From Myxococcota bacterium (GTDB lineage: Bacteria; Myxococcota_A; UBA9042): DNA of 48,104 bases. Position numbers and translations under genes: made by a program. The stretch lies in assembly GCA_044347905.1 (NCBI GenBank), contig JBIKTV010000002.1, positions 1 to 48,104 of the forward strand, given 5' to 3'. A model generated the notes under the pieces. It was not told the DNA's origin. It did no database searches and saw nothing but the letters and a program-made list of their open reading frames with translations. Below are positions 24,824 to 32,746 of this stretch, one piece after another (position 1 is the first letter of the stretch; each line of letters begins with the position of its first letter).

Positions 24824-25500
24824 GGAGGTGCTCCGGCTTTGGGGGAGTGGGCAGAGGCGGTGCCGCTGGGGGTGGCGGCCGCGGGCAGGTCCAATTGCGT
24901 CGGCACCACCAGCAAGGCGGCGGCGCTGCGTCGGCCCAGCTGCACCTGGACCAGCAGCGCCAACAGGTCGCCTTGGCCATTTTCAAAGGCGGTCAGGTCG
25001 ATGGCCGTGGCCACCGCACGGAGCGGCCAGCGCCACAGCGGCTGATAGCCACCGCTGGCCTTGACCAGCACGGCGGCGAGGCGATCGCGGCTCAGGGCGG
25101 CCCACAGTTGGCCGTTGGAGCTGCGCACCAGCACGTCGAGCGGGCTCACGCGCTCGCGCGGCGCTTGAGGCACCGAATGGATTCGCCGGGACACCAGGCC
25201 TTCTGTCACGCTTTCATCGATGCGCAAGCGATCGAGCTCGCGGCCGCTGTCATCCAGCCGGGCCACCAGACAGGGCTGACCGGGGACATTGCTGCTGGCC
25301 TGGGAACCGGAGCGCCAGGCCATTCGCCGGCCGTCCGCGGACCAGCCGAGAAAGCGCACCCAAGCGCCGCTGTCGATCAGCTGGCCTGCGCGCGGACCTG
25401 AATCTTTGGCGGGCGGCGCGGCTGCGAGGCCGGCAGACCACAAACAGGCGACCCCAAGGACGGCACGCATCAGCCAGCTGCGCCTTGACGGGTGGATCAT
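24820..25500 (-). CDS. Hypothetical secreted/periplasmic protein
   Basis: Track ORF 24820..25527. I prefer the ATG at 25500, which gives a signal peptide (MIHPSRRSWLMRAVLGVACLWSAGLAAAPPA). The remainder (WVRFLGWSADGRRMAWRSG...) looks beta-rich and I recognise no domain. Translation is coupled to the response regulator. Confidence 0.6.
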   Translation of the reverse strand: MIHPSRRSWLMRAVLGVACLWSAGLAAAPPAKDSGPRAGQLIDSGAWVRFLGWSADGRRMAWRSGSQASSNVPGQPCLVARLDDSGRELDRLRIDESVTEGLVSRRIHSVPQAPRERVSPLDVLVRSSNGQLWAALSRDRLAAVLVKASGGYQPLWRWPLRAVATAIDLTAFENGQGDLLALLVQVQLGRRSAAALLVVPTQLDLPAAATPSGTASAHSPKAGAPP

Positions 25501-25513
25501 CGGGCGCAGTCGC

Positions 25514-26890
25514 TCATGGGGCTGCACCGCCGGCCATTTCCTGAAGCATCTGGCGCAACTTGGCCATTACCGGGCCCGGATTGCCACCGGCCGTCAGGCG
25601 CGCGTCAAAGCTGCCCTCGCCGCTCGTGTCATTGGTGTGGACCCGCGTCACTTCGCAATGCAGAGCCAGGACATCTTTGGGCCCGCCCTTGCCGGCGAGG
25701 TAGACCACCACGCGCTCATAGGTCGCGGGCAGGACCTGGGTCGAGACGCGCAACTTGCTCTCACTCAGCCGCAGCAAATTGCCGTCATATTTGCGCTTCT
25801 TGGGGCCAGCCTCAAACTGCACCTTCATGTCGACGCGCTGAGCCTGGTCGCCGGCGTAAAGCTCAGCGGCGCTCATGATCTTGTCCGACGAAGCCATCCG
25901 CGCGGGTGCTGCTACGGACGCCGCTCCAGGGGCAGAAGGAATGCCAGGAGTGCTCGCGGAACCCTTGCCAATGCCGCCGAGGATCCGCTGCATGACGCTG
26001 CTGCTGGCAGTGCGCCGGTTGACATCGACCACGGGGGCGGCGACCTGGCTGCTTGGGTCGACGATGTGGACTAGAATTTGCTCATTGACGTCGTGTTCAG
26101 TGTCCCGCGTCGTGGGGGTAGCTATGGGCGCGGCGGCGGGGCGTTGGCGCATCGGCTCTGGCGCGGCGGCCTGGCTGGCGACCGTCGCCATGACCCGGGT
26201 GGCGTCGGCATCGGCGGTGTGCGGAGCGGTGGCTGGACGCGGCGCCTGAGAGCCCAGGGAATTCATAGCCTCCAGCAGGGCGCTGCTCAGGTCTGGATCC
26301 CCCGTGCCCATGGCGGGCGCGGAACTGGCGGGGGCGGCTGAACTTTGTGGCGCGCTGGCTGCTTGGGGGACCGCTGCGCGCTCAGCGCCCGAACGGCCAA
26401 ACTGCGGGGCGGCTACAGCCGCAGGGGCGGACACCCCTTGGGGCGGATCGGCTTGGCGCGCAGTCGGCCTCTCTGCGGCGGCGGGGGCTGCATCCGGCAG
26501 GGAGTAGACAAAGCGCTTGAGATCCGGATTGTCGCGGTTGCGGCCCACGGACACACTGCCGCCCAGATCGATGCCGTGCTTCTCAATGAATTCTCTCAGC
26601 ACGGCGGCGCTGGCGGTGGTGCCTACGCGCTGCAGGCTCACCTCGACTTGCTGTTCGCCCCAGTCGCTGTCGACCACCGAGGCACAGCGGCCGTCCAGCG
26701 CCATGGCCTGGGCCGGATCATCATTCTCAATGCGCAGATAGACCTGGGTGCCCACCTCAGGCGCCCGCAGCGCGGTGAGCTGAGCCACCCGACCGCCCAG
26801 GCTGACGAGCGTGCCGATGGATCGGGTAGACTCCCACTCCAATGTGACGGTGGTATCAAGCAATTCAAGGAGATTGGCGTCGTCGGTCAT
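25514..26890 (-). CDS. Hypothetical protein with N- and C-terminal PilZ-like beta-barrel domains joined by an Ala/Pro/Ser-rich linker
   Basis: The N-terminal segment is TVTLEWESTRSIGTLVSLGGRVAQLTALRAPEVGTQVYLRIEND...DGRCASV. The C-terminal segment is VDMKVQFEAGPKKRKYDGNLLRLSESKLRVSTQVLPATYERVVVYL...LHCEVTRV. Both resemble PilZ domains, but the RxxxR and D/NxSxxG c-di-GMP motifs are only partly kept. A low-complexity spacer of about 230 aa separates them. Confidence 0.55.
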   Translation of the reverse strand: MTDDANLLELLDTTVTLEWESTRSIGTLVSLGGRVAQLTALRAPEVGTQVYLRIENDDPAQAMALDGRCASVVDSDWGEQQVEVSLQRVGTTASAAVLREFIEKHGIDLGGSVSVGRNRDNPDLKRFVYSLPDAAPAAAERPTARQADPPQGVSAPAAVAAPQFGRSGAERAAVPQAASAPQSSAAPASSAPAMGTGDPDLSSALLEAMNSLGSQAPRPATAPHTADADATRVMATVASQAAAPEPMRQRPAAAPIATPTTRDTEHDVNEQILVHIVDPSSQVAAPVVDVNRRTASSSVMQRILGGIGKGSASTPGIPSAPGAASVAAPARMASSDKIMSAAELYAGDQAQRVDMKVQFEAGPKKRKYDGNLLRLSESKLRVSTQVLPATYERVVVYLAGKGGPKDVLALHCEVTRVHTNDTSGEGSFDARLTAGGNPGPVMAKLRQMLQEMAGGAAP

Positions 26891-27072
26891 GGACCCTCTG
26901 CCAGGGGGACACCTTCCCCGCGCGGCGGCGATTCGCTGCTAGTTCACCGAACCCAAACGTTGCACAGGTCCGCTGCTGAGCCAAGGTCTGACGGTATTCA
27001 GGCCACCCAGCCGCACCACCCCAAGATAGCCCGTACACCCGCACGCCCAATGCCAGTTTTGGCGGTTGGGCA

Positions 27073-27858
27073 TCAATACTCGCAATAGCCGACCGAGCTG
27101 GAGAGCTTGGAGCAAGCCGTCGTGACATCATCGCAGCCGGTAGGGGCGGTCAAGCTGCAGATCTTTCGGCAATAGCCTTTGGCCCCGCCCGCCGCGCCTG
27201 CGCAGTGCAGTCCGGGCAAGCAGTCGGTGTTTTGGGTGCAGACTTCGCCCGCAGGCGTCGAGCCGGCCGTGGCGCAGCCAAAGCCACCGGATACCAGGTA
27301 ACATCCCTGTTTAGCTTCGCATTTGGGCGAGAGCGGGCTGCAGGGCTCGTACTTGGCCATGTCGCAGACGCTGTAAATTTTGTCGACGATCTTGTTGCAG
27401 CCGCCGCTGTCGCAGTGGGCCACGGACGTGCAGTAGGGCGCGCAGGCCGACTTGCCGTTCTGCGACGTCACGCACATGCCGATCTTGCAGCCCTTTCCGT
27501 CCGCGCAGTCTTCGCCGACGGCGTGTTCACCGTTGGCAACACAGGCGATTTTGTCGCTTTCGTCGTAGCCGCAGTGGGTGTCGGCGGGGCAATTCCAGTC
27601 GACCGGCAGGTCCCACGGCTTGCACGGCGGCTTGACGATGTCGGCCTTGGCGTCGCTGGTCTTGGCATCGCTCGCGCTGCTGTCCGCGGTGGCCGTGTCG
27701 GACGCTGAAGCCGTGTCGCCGGGAATGGTGGTGGTGGTGGCGGTGTTCTCTGCAGCGTCTTCGCAGGCCGAGAGAAAAACGCTGCCGGCCAGCGCGAGGC
27801 CCAAGGGCAGGGCGGCGGCGAATAATATCTTTAGGTTCAGGGCTTTGTGCCGCAGCAT
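27073..27858 (-). CDS. Cysteine-rich lipoprotein
   Basis: Track ORF 27073..27984. I prefer the ATG at 27858, which gives a lipobox (MLRHKALNLKILFAAALPLGLALAGSVFLSAC|ED). A Thr/Ser/Asp/Ala-rich linker follows. After it comes a Cys-dense domain of about 190 aa (CKPWDLPVDWNCPADTHCGYDESDKIACV...GEDCADGKGCKIGMCV...CAPYCTSVAHCDSGGC...GEVCTQNTDCLPGLHCAG...GYCRKIC...GYCEY). Confidence 0.75.
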   Translation of the reverse strand: MLRHKALNLKILFAAALPLGLALAGSVFLSACEDAAENTATTTTIPGDTASASDTATADSSASDAKTSDAKADIVKPPCKPWDLPVDWNCPADTHCGYDESDKIACVANGEHAVGEDCADGKGCKIGMCVTSQNGKSACAPYCTSVAHCDSGGCNKIVDKIYSVCDMAKYEPCSPLSPKCEAKQGCYLVSGGFGCATAGSTPAGEVCTQNTDCLPGLHCAGAAGGAKGYCRKICSLTAPTGCDDVTTACSKLSSSVGYCEY

Positions 27859-27901
27859 CTGAGACCTTCGTGGCGCGTCGCAGGCGCAAGCGCGGATTGT
27901 G

Positions 27902-29281
27902 TCAGAAGCTGCCGCCGAACGCGAGTCCCGCGTGCCAGACCTGCCCGCCGTGCTCCAAGTCGCCCACCGGGTCGTTGCGATCAACCTTGAGCGCCACGCG
28001 ATGGCTCTGCAAGTGCCACTGAAAGCCCGCGTCGATGTGGAGAGGCCCCGGCGTGTCGCGGTCGTCGATGTCCGCCTGGGCCAGCTGGCGGCTCAGACGC
28101 TCGGCAAAGCTGCCAAAACGCCAGCTCAAACCCGCGCCCAGCACATGGGTGTCGGAGTCGAGGTAGTTGAACGGCCCGCTGGCCCGGGGGGCAGGAGTCG
28201 GTCGGTAGCGGTAGCCGCCGCGCAGCAGCCACGCTGGACTCGCCCGCCACTCAGCAGCCAGCGCTGGACTCCAAGTATTGCGCAGGCCCAAGCGAATTTG
28301 CGGCGTGTCGGTGCCGATGTCGAGGATGTTCTGCAGGCCAAAACCTGTCACCGCCGGTCCCGCGGCGTCCAAGGAGACATAAGGCGACGGATCCGGTGCC
28401 GCTGACCAGCGCGCCCAGCCCAAATCCGCCATCAGCTGAAGACGACCGCTGGCACTGCGCCACGCCGCGCCGGCCTGAACCGTGTCCGGCGAAAACAGCG
28501 TATTGTGGCCCAAATTGATGAAAAGCTGGGCAGGGTCGCCTAGTTGGACATCCGTTGGGATCGCGTATTCCAGGGACAATTGCTGGCGGTAGCTGAGGCC
28601 AAACCACAGCTGCGGATGGGGATGCCACGCCCCGCCGGCGGTCAGGCGCGCGCGCGGCTCCAGGCCAATGCGAATCGTTGCGCGGTCATAGTCGTGATTG
28701 GTGGGCTGGACGCGCAGATCGATGGCGGCGTTCAGCACGGCCAGCACTTGCGCGCCCGCGCCGAGCCACAGGCCGTCGGCCACCTGCAAAGCGGCGCCAA
28801 ACAGGAAGGCCAGGCGATCGGGCATCCCTTCATACTGAAAGAAGTTTGGCGTTTGCGGGTCGGGGCCGGAGATGCGGATGAGGTGACCCACGGGCAAGGC
28901 CAGACCCGCGCCCAGGGCCAGGCGCCGCTTCAGAATGCCGCCGACGGGATAGTTCCAACCTAGCTCAAAGGCTGAGGAATCCGCGGGCTTGGCCGGCTGA
29001 CGGGTCGACGAACCGCCGGGAAACTGCTGGGCACAGCTCACCGGGGCGCCTTTGCAGTAGGGCCTCGTCATGCCCACTTGGAGATCCACGCGGGTCAACG
29101 ACATGCCAAACCAAGCACCGCCCAGAGGGGATGCCAGCAACATCGCGGGGTTGTGGAAAGCGGCTTCCCCACCCCGGGCACTCGCGGTCAGCGCGCCGAC
29201 CAGGCCGTTGGCCCGAGGACCGCCGCCAAACAGCTCAAAAACGCTCGCCTCGGCTGGAGCGGTCCAGCACAGCGAGAGCAA
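27902..29281 (-). CDS. FadL/TodX-family outer-membrane channel for hydrophobic compounds (start codon uncertain, possibly up to 29308)
   Basis: The N-terminal hatch-like motif SVFELFGGGPRANGLVGALTASARGGEAAFHNPAML is typical of the OMPP1/FadL/TodX family. The C-terminus ends in an aromatic residue (AGLAFGGSF). Amphipathic strands run throughout the sequence. The track start (TTG at 29281) cuts off the signal peptide; see the findings. Confidence 0.8.
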   Translation of the reverse strand: MLSLCWTAPAEASVFELFGGGPRANGLVGALTASARGGEAAFHNPAMLLASPLGGAWFGMSLTRVDLQVGMTRPYCKGAPVSCAQQFPGGSSTRQPAKPADSSAFELGWNYPVGGILKRRLALGAGLALPVGHLIRISGPDPQTPNFFQYEGMPDRLAFLFGAALQVADGLWLGAGAQVLAVLNAAIDLRVQPTNHDYDRATIRIGLEPRARLTAGGAWHPHPQLWFGLSYRQQLSLEYAIPTDVQLGDPAQLFINLGHNTLFSPDTVQAGAAWRSASGRLQLMADLGWARWSAAPDPSPYVSLDAAGPAVTGFGLQNILDIGTDTPQIRLGLRNTWSPALAAEWRASPAWLLRGGYRYRPTPAPRASGPFNYLDSDTHVLGAGLSWRFGSFAERLSRQLAQADIDDRDTPGPLHIDAGFQWHLQSHRVALKVDRNDPVGDLEHGGQVWHAGLAFGGSF

Positions 29282-29304
29282 CGCGGCGTAGAGGGCGAGG
29301 CGCT

Positions 29305-30399
29305 TCAGAAGGCCCCCTTCTTGCAGGGCTGCGAGACGAGATCGCCGACCAAGGCCAGGGCCCCCGGCAAGGCTTGGGAACGCAGCAATTCAATCAGTTC
29401 TGGCAGGGCTTCAATGGCTACGTCAGGCCGCAGGACGAGGCCCAACAGCTGATTCCACGCGTCGCGGGCCGCGGGCTTTGTCGCCAAAACGTCGGTGGCA
29501 TAGGCAATTACGGGGAGCCAGAGCTGACTGTCCACGTCGATCTTTGCGAAGGCCAGGGGATCCAGCGCCACCAGCACGTCATAGCCGTGGCCCGCAATCA
29601 GCTGATCCGGGTCGTGGTGCAGCAGGCAGACGGCAAATTGCTGAAGGGCGATGCGGGCCTGTTCCTTGTCAGCTGCTGCATCGCCCAGCACCGCGACACT
29701 CAGGAGGGCGTGCAGGGCGTCGACCAGGCCGGGCTGTTCGGGGGTGCGCAGCTGCCCCACGGTCTGCAGCAAGGGCGCGGCGTCAAAGCCATCTTGGGCT
29801 AGGGAAGTCGCGAGGTTGCGGATGATGATCTGAAAGCTCTTGCGCCCTTCCACCCCTGGGGCCTGGAGTGCGGCCAGGAGCTGTTGGCCACCGGCGGGGC
29901 CCGCTTCGAGCAGACCGTCCAGCGCCGTCGCGGCCTTTGGGTCGCGGAACAGCCGGGATCCCAGGACAAAGAGCTCTGAAGACAGGCAGTTCTGGGCCAC
30001 GGTTGAGAAAGCGGTCATCTCAGCGACGCGCGGCGGCAGCGGCGGCTGGGCGTTGGGATCTCCGGGCAGGGGTTCAAAGATCGCCACCACCAGGGGCACC
30101 AGCGCGCCCAGGCCCTGAGGCGAGATCAGATCCGGCAGGTGCTTGGAGGTATCGGGCGGCAGGGCGGCGGCGACATCCAGGACGAGCTGCACCACGGCGC
30201 GCTGGCTCGCGGGGCTCAGGCGGGTGGACAAGAGGCCGGCGAGGTGGGTGGTCTTGCCGGCCTTGGTCAATTCCATCAGCGGCCCAAGGCGTTGGTCGAT
30301 GGTCGCGCACTGGCCGCGCGGCGGCGCCTGGGGGGCAGAGTCATCCAATGCCCCGCAAGCGCAGAGGAAAATCGCCGCGGCTGCGAGAGTCGCTTTCAC
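29305..30399 (-). CDS. Hypothetical helical lipoprotein
   Basis: Track ORF 29305..30408 has a GTG start. An alternative GTG at 30399 forms a GTGA overlap with the upstream stop and gives MKATLAAAAIFLCAC|GALDD, a lipobox. The remainder is Leu/Ala-rich, predicted helical, and I recognise no domain. Confidence 0.65.
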   Translation of the reverse strand: MKATLAAAAIFLCACGALDDSAPQAPPRGQCATIDQRLGPLMELTKAGKTTHLAGLLSTRLSPASQRAVVQLVLDVAAALPPDTSKHLPDLISPQGLGALVPLVVAIFEPLPGDPNAQPPLPPRVAEMTAFSTVAQNCLSSELFVLGSRLFRDPKAATALDGLLEAGPAGGQQLLAALQAPGVEGRKSFQIIIRNLATSLAQDGFDAAPLLQTVGQLRTPEQPGLVDALHALLSVAVLGDAAADKEQARIALQQFAVCLLHHDPDQLIAGHGYDVLVALDPLAFAKIDVDSQLWLPVIAYATDVLATKPAARDAWNQLLGLVLRPDVAIEALPELIELLRSQALPGALALVGDLVSQPCKKGAF

Positions 30400-32387
30400 G
30401 GCACGCACGACGGCGCATCGGCGAGGCCTTGGGCCAAAGTCCAGGACAGAAGCTGCACGCCGCTGGGAGCCGGGTGGCGCTCCACCGCGTCGCGCACGGC
30501 CAAGATGGGCTCCAGGGCGGTGGCTGAGGCGCTCTGGGCCAGCACAAACAGCGCGGGCCGGTCGTCGACGCGCAGGCGATCGAGGAGGGGCTCCTGGCTA
30601 GGCAGGCGCTGCAACAGGGCCAAGTCAATGGCCTGTAGCGGCTGACCTGGCCCGCCGCGATAAGCCAAGGGCAGGCGCCCCTGTTCGGCGGTCATGTCGC
30701 CCCGCGGCAGGGCAAAGGCCAGCCAGGCGCCGCGCAACTCCGGGCCCACCAGTTCGCCAGTCAGCAAATCCTGGGCATCGGCCAATTCCTGGGCGCGGAG
30801 CTGGTGTTGGCGGGCCAGGGCGGTGTCCAGTTGGCCAAAAGCCCGGTGCGGCGGTTGCGGGATCGGTCCGGCGCTGAGGCCGGCAATGCTCTGGGTCCGC
30901 TGCAGCGCGCCGCCCAGGGAAGCCGCGGCAGCACTGACGGCGGCAGGCTCACTGGCGCTCAGCAGGACCCCTGCGGCCGCCGGTTGCTCTAGGAGCCATG
31001 CGAGCGCCGGGTCCTGATTGGCGGCGATGGCCACGGCCTGCCAAGGCCCCGCGCTGAGGATTTGCCGGGCGGCCGACAAGCTCTCCTCGATCTTGCCGCC
31101 CGACGCCGTCACCCACACGGTCCACGGCAAGCGCAGCGGGTCGGCGCCGTCGAGCTGCGCGGGCACGCCGTCCCAGCCGCGCACGGCTAGCGCGCCCACC
31201 AGATTGGGGACGTCGCGCACGGCGAGGAGGCGCTGGGCCAATTGCTCTGGCGTTTCAGGTGTTTGGCCAGGTCGAAGCTGGAGGACAAAACGCTGGGCTG
31301 CGTCGACGGTCTGGGGCAAGAGCTGCGAGCCCTCGCCAAAAGCGCCGCGCCATTGCGGATCGCGCCGCAGAGCGGCCTCTTGGCTCGACAGCAGGGCGCT
31401 ATCGCCCGCACTGCCGGCGTCCGCCAACACCAGCAGCGCCGGATTGCGCCCCACCAGCGCCGCCTGCGGAGCGATCGACACGCCGCGGCGCAAGGCGAAC
31501 AGTCGCGACAGGGGCACATCCTCTAGGGCTTGATCGCCGGGGCTGTGCTCGCGAGCCGCGCGGGCCTTGTCGAGCGAGGCGTGCAGCCACGCGGCGCTCT
31601 CCGCACTGTCACTGAGAGGCGGACCAGCTTGGGGATTTGCCAAGGCGCCGAGGGCACTCTGGAGGGCTGTGGCCAGGGAAACGCGGTTGTCCGCCAGGGT
31701 GCGGGTCAGCACCTCCAGGGTAAAGGTCGGCGTGACGGCGCCTGCGACGTGGAGTCGACTCGCCCCGGGCAACGCTGTGGCCAGCCGAGCCAGAGACTGC
31801 ACCGATGCAGTGGCCATCTGAAGGTCGCTCTGCGCGCCGGTGACCACCCAGGCGACCCGTGCCCGCGCGCCTTTGGCGATCGCCGCCGAGATCGGCGCGG
31901 CGAAGTCCTTTGGGGCGTGGGCCTGCCAGCTCGCAGCGACTGCGGCGGCGCTGTTGGCCAGCTCGGCGCTCCGCATGCGCACGACCAAGCGCAATTCCCC
32001 AGGCGCGGCGCGGCTAATGACCTGGTCTACCCCCGCAAGCTGCCGCAGAGCCCGCACGCTGTCGCGGCTGGCGGCATCGACTTGGCTCGGGTCGAGCAGC
32101 GGCGCAGGCACGCGCATTAGCACGTCAACCGTCTGAATTCCTGGCAGTTTGTCTGGTGCGCGGCCATACCTCAACGGCGCGGCTACAGCTGCGGCGGGAG
32201 GGGGCTGCGGCGGTTGCAGTGCGGTGGGCTGTGCTTGGCCGCTCCCCTGGCCTTGGGCCGTTGCGGGCGCCGGGGCGCTCTGGGTGGCCCCGGTCGTGGG
32301 CGACTTGCCGCACCCCGGACCGGCGCCAAGGGCAAGCGCCGACCCCAAGCCCAGCGCCGCGACCGCGCGAAGGGTCCTAAAACCCAT
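30396..32387 (-). CDS. Large lipoprotein resembling the periplasmic porter/docking portion of an RND transporter but lacking transmembrane helices
   Basis: Track ORF 30396..32435. I prefer the ATG at 32387, which gives a lipobox (MGFRTLRAVAALGLGSALALGAGPGC|GKS). After a Pro/Gln-rich linker, the segment LPGIQTVDVLMRVPAP...SVRALRQLAGVDQVISRAAPGELRLVVRMRS...ALPGASRLHVAGAVTPTFTLEVLTRTLADNRVSLATALQSALGALANPQAG follows the AcrB-type pattern. That pattern runs LP...V.V...v...l..l.GV..v.S...G...l.v...s...lPGv..v...G....+v.ld...l...gls...v..al...n...paG. A second half of similar style follows. I see no hydrophobic TM block anywhere after the signal peptide. Confidence 0.6.
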   Translation of the reverse strand: MGFRTLRAVAALGLGSALALGAGPGCGKSPTTGATQSAPAPATAQGQGSGQAQPTALQPPQPPPAAAVAAPLRYGRAPDKLPGIQTVDVLMRVPAPLLDPSQVDAASRDSVRALRQLAGVDQVISRAAPGELRLVVRMRSAELANSAAAVAASWQAHAPKDFAAPISAAIAKGARARVAWVVTGAQSDLQMATASVQSLARLATALPGASRLHVAGAVTPTFTLEVLTRTLADNRVSLATALQSALGALANPQAGPPLSDSAESAAWLHASLDKARAAREHSPGDQALEDVPLSRLFALRRGVSIAPQAALVGRNPALLVLADAGSAGDSALLSSQEAALRRDPQWRGAFGEGSQLLPQTVDAAQRFVLQLRPGQTPETPEQLAQRLLAVRDVPNLVGALAVRGWDGVPAQLDGADPLRLPWTVWVTASGGKIEESLSAARQILSAGPWQAVAIAANQDPALAWLLEQPAAAGVLLSASEPAAVSAAAASLGGALQRTQSIAGLSAGPIPQPPHRAFGQLDTALARQHQLRAQELADAQDLLTGELVGPELRGAWLAFALPRGDMTAEQGRLPLAYRGGPGQPLQAIDLALLQRLPSQEPLLDRLRVDDRPALFVLAQSASATALEPILAVRDAVERHPAPSGVQLLSWTLAQGLADAPSCVP

Positions 32388-32588
32388 GCAAAGCCTGGCG
32401 ATTTTGCGGCAGTTCTGCCACGGAGGTGTCGACACGTCTGAACCCCTGTCCGGCGCTGCCTCCGGATGCGAGCGAAGCTTTCAAGCATAGCGGGGTCGTC
32501 GGAAAAGCCAATGGCCGGCGCAGCACCCGCCAGGGCGATCGCAAGAAGCACGGATCTGGGGTTACAGGACGACCGCGCGGTCCAATTG

Positions 32589-32667
32589 GCCCCCTTCGTC
32601 ACCCTCGCGAAGGCGGGGGCCCAGGCTAAAACCAAACCATTCGCCTGGGTTCCCGCCTTCGCGGGAA
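32589..32667. repeat. Pair of inverted REP-like GC-rich hairpins (BIME-like) in the intergenic gap between the two minus-strand operons
   Basis: Hairpin 1 (32589-32620): GCCCCCTTCG ... CGAAGGCGGGGGC, an imperfect stem of about 10 bp with a 2-nt bulge. Hairpin 2 (32650-32667): TTCCCGC cttc GCGGGAA, a perfect 7-bp stem with a 4-nt loop. The cores CTCGCGAAGGCGGGGG and CCCGCCTTCGCGGGAA are near reverse complements of each other. Translated on the minus strand they give the familiar REP artefact peptides VIPAKAGTQ and APAFARVT, seen in track ORF 32183..32713. Confidence 0.7.
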
Positions 32668-32746
32668 TGACGGTGTGGGCGGTCCAGCGGTTCTTGCGAT
32701 AGCCCCGCAGCACCGGCGAAGGGCGATACCTCCGCGGGCGGCAGGC

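Noticed and set aside
32183-32713. 176-aa minus ORF containing HTVIPAKAGTQ and WAPAFARVT
   Set aside because: These peptides are the classic translation artefact of REP-type GC hairpins. The rest of the ORF is Arg/Pro/Ala-rich and overlaps the N-terminus and upstream region of the lipoprotein gene. I treat it as non-coding intergenic sequence with REP elements.
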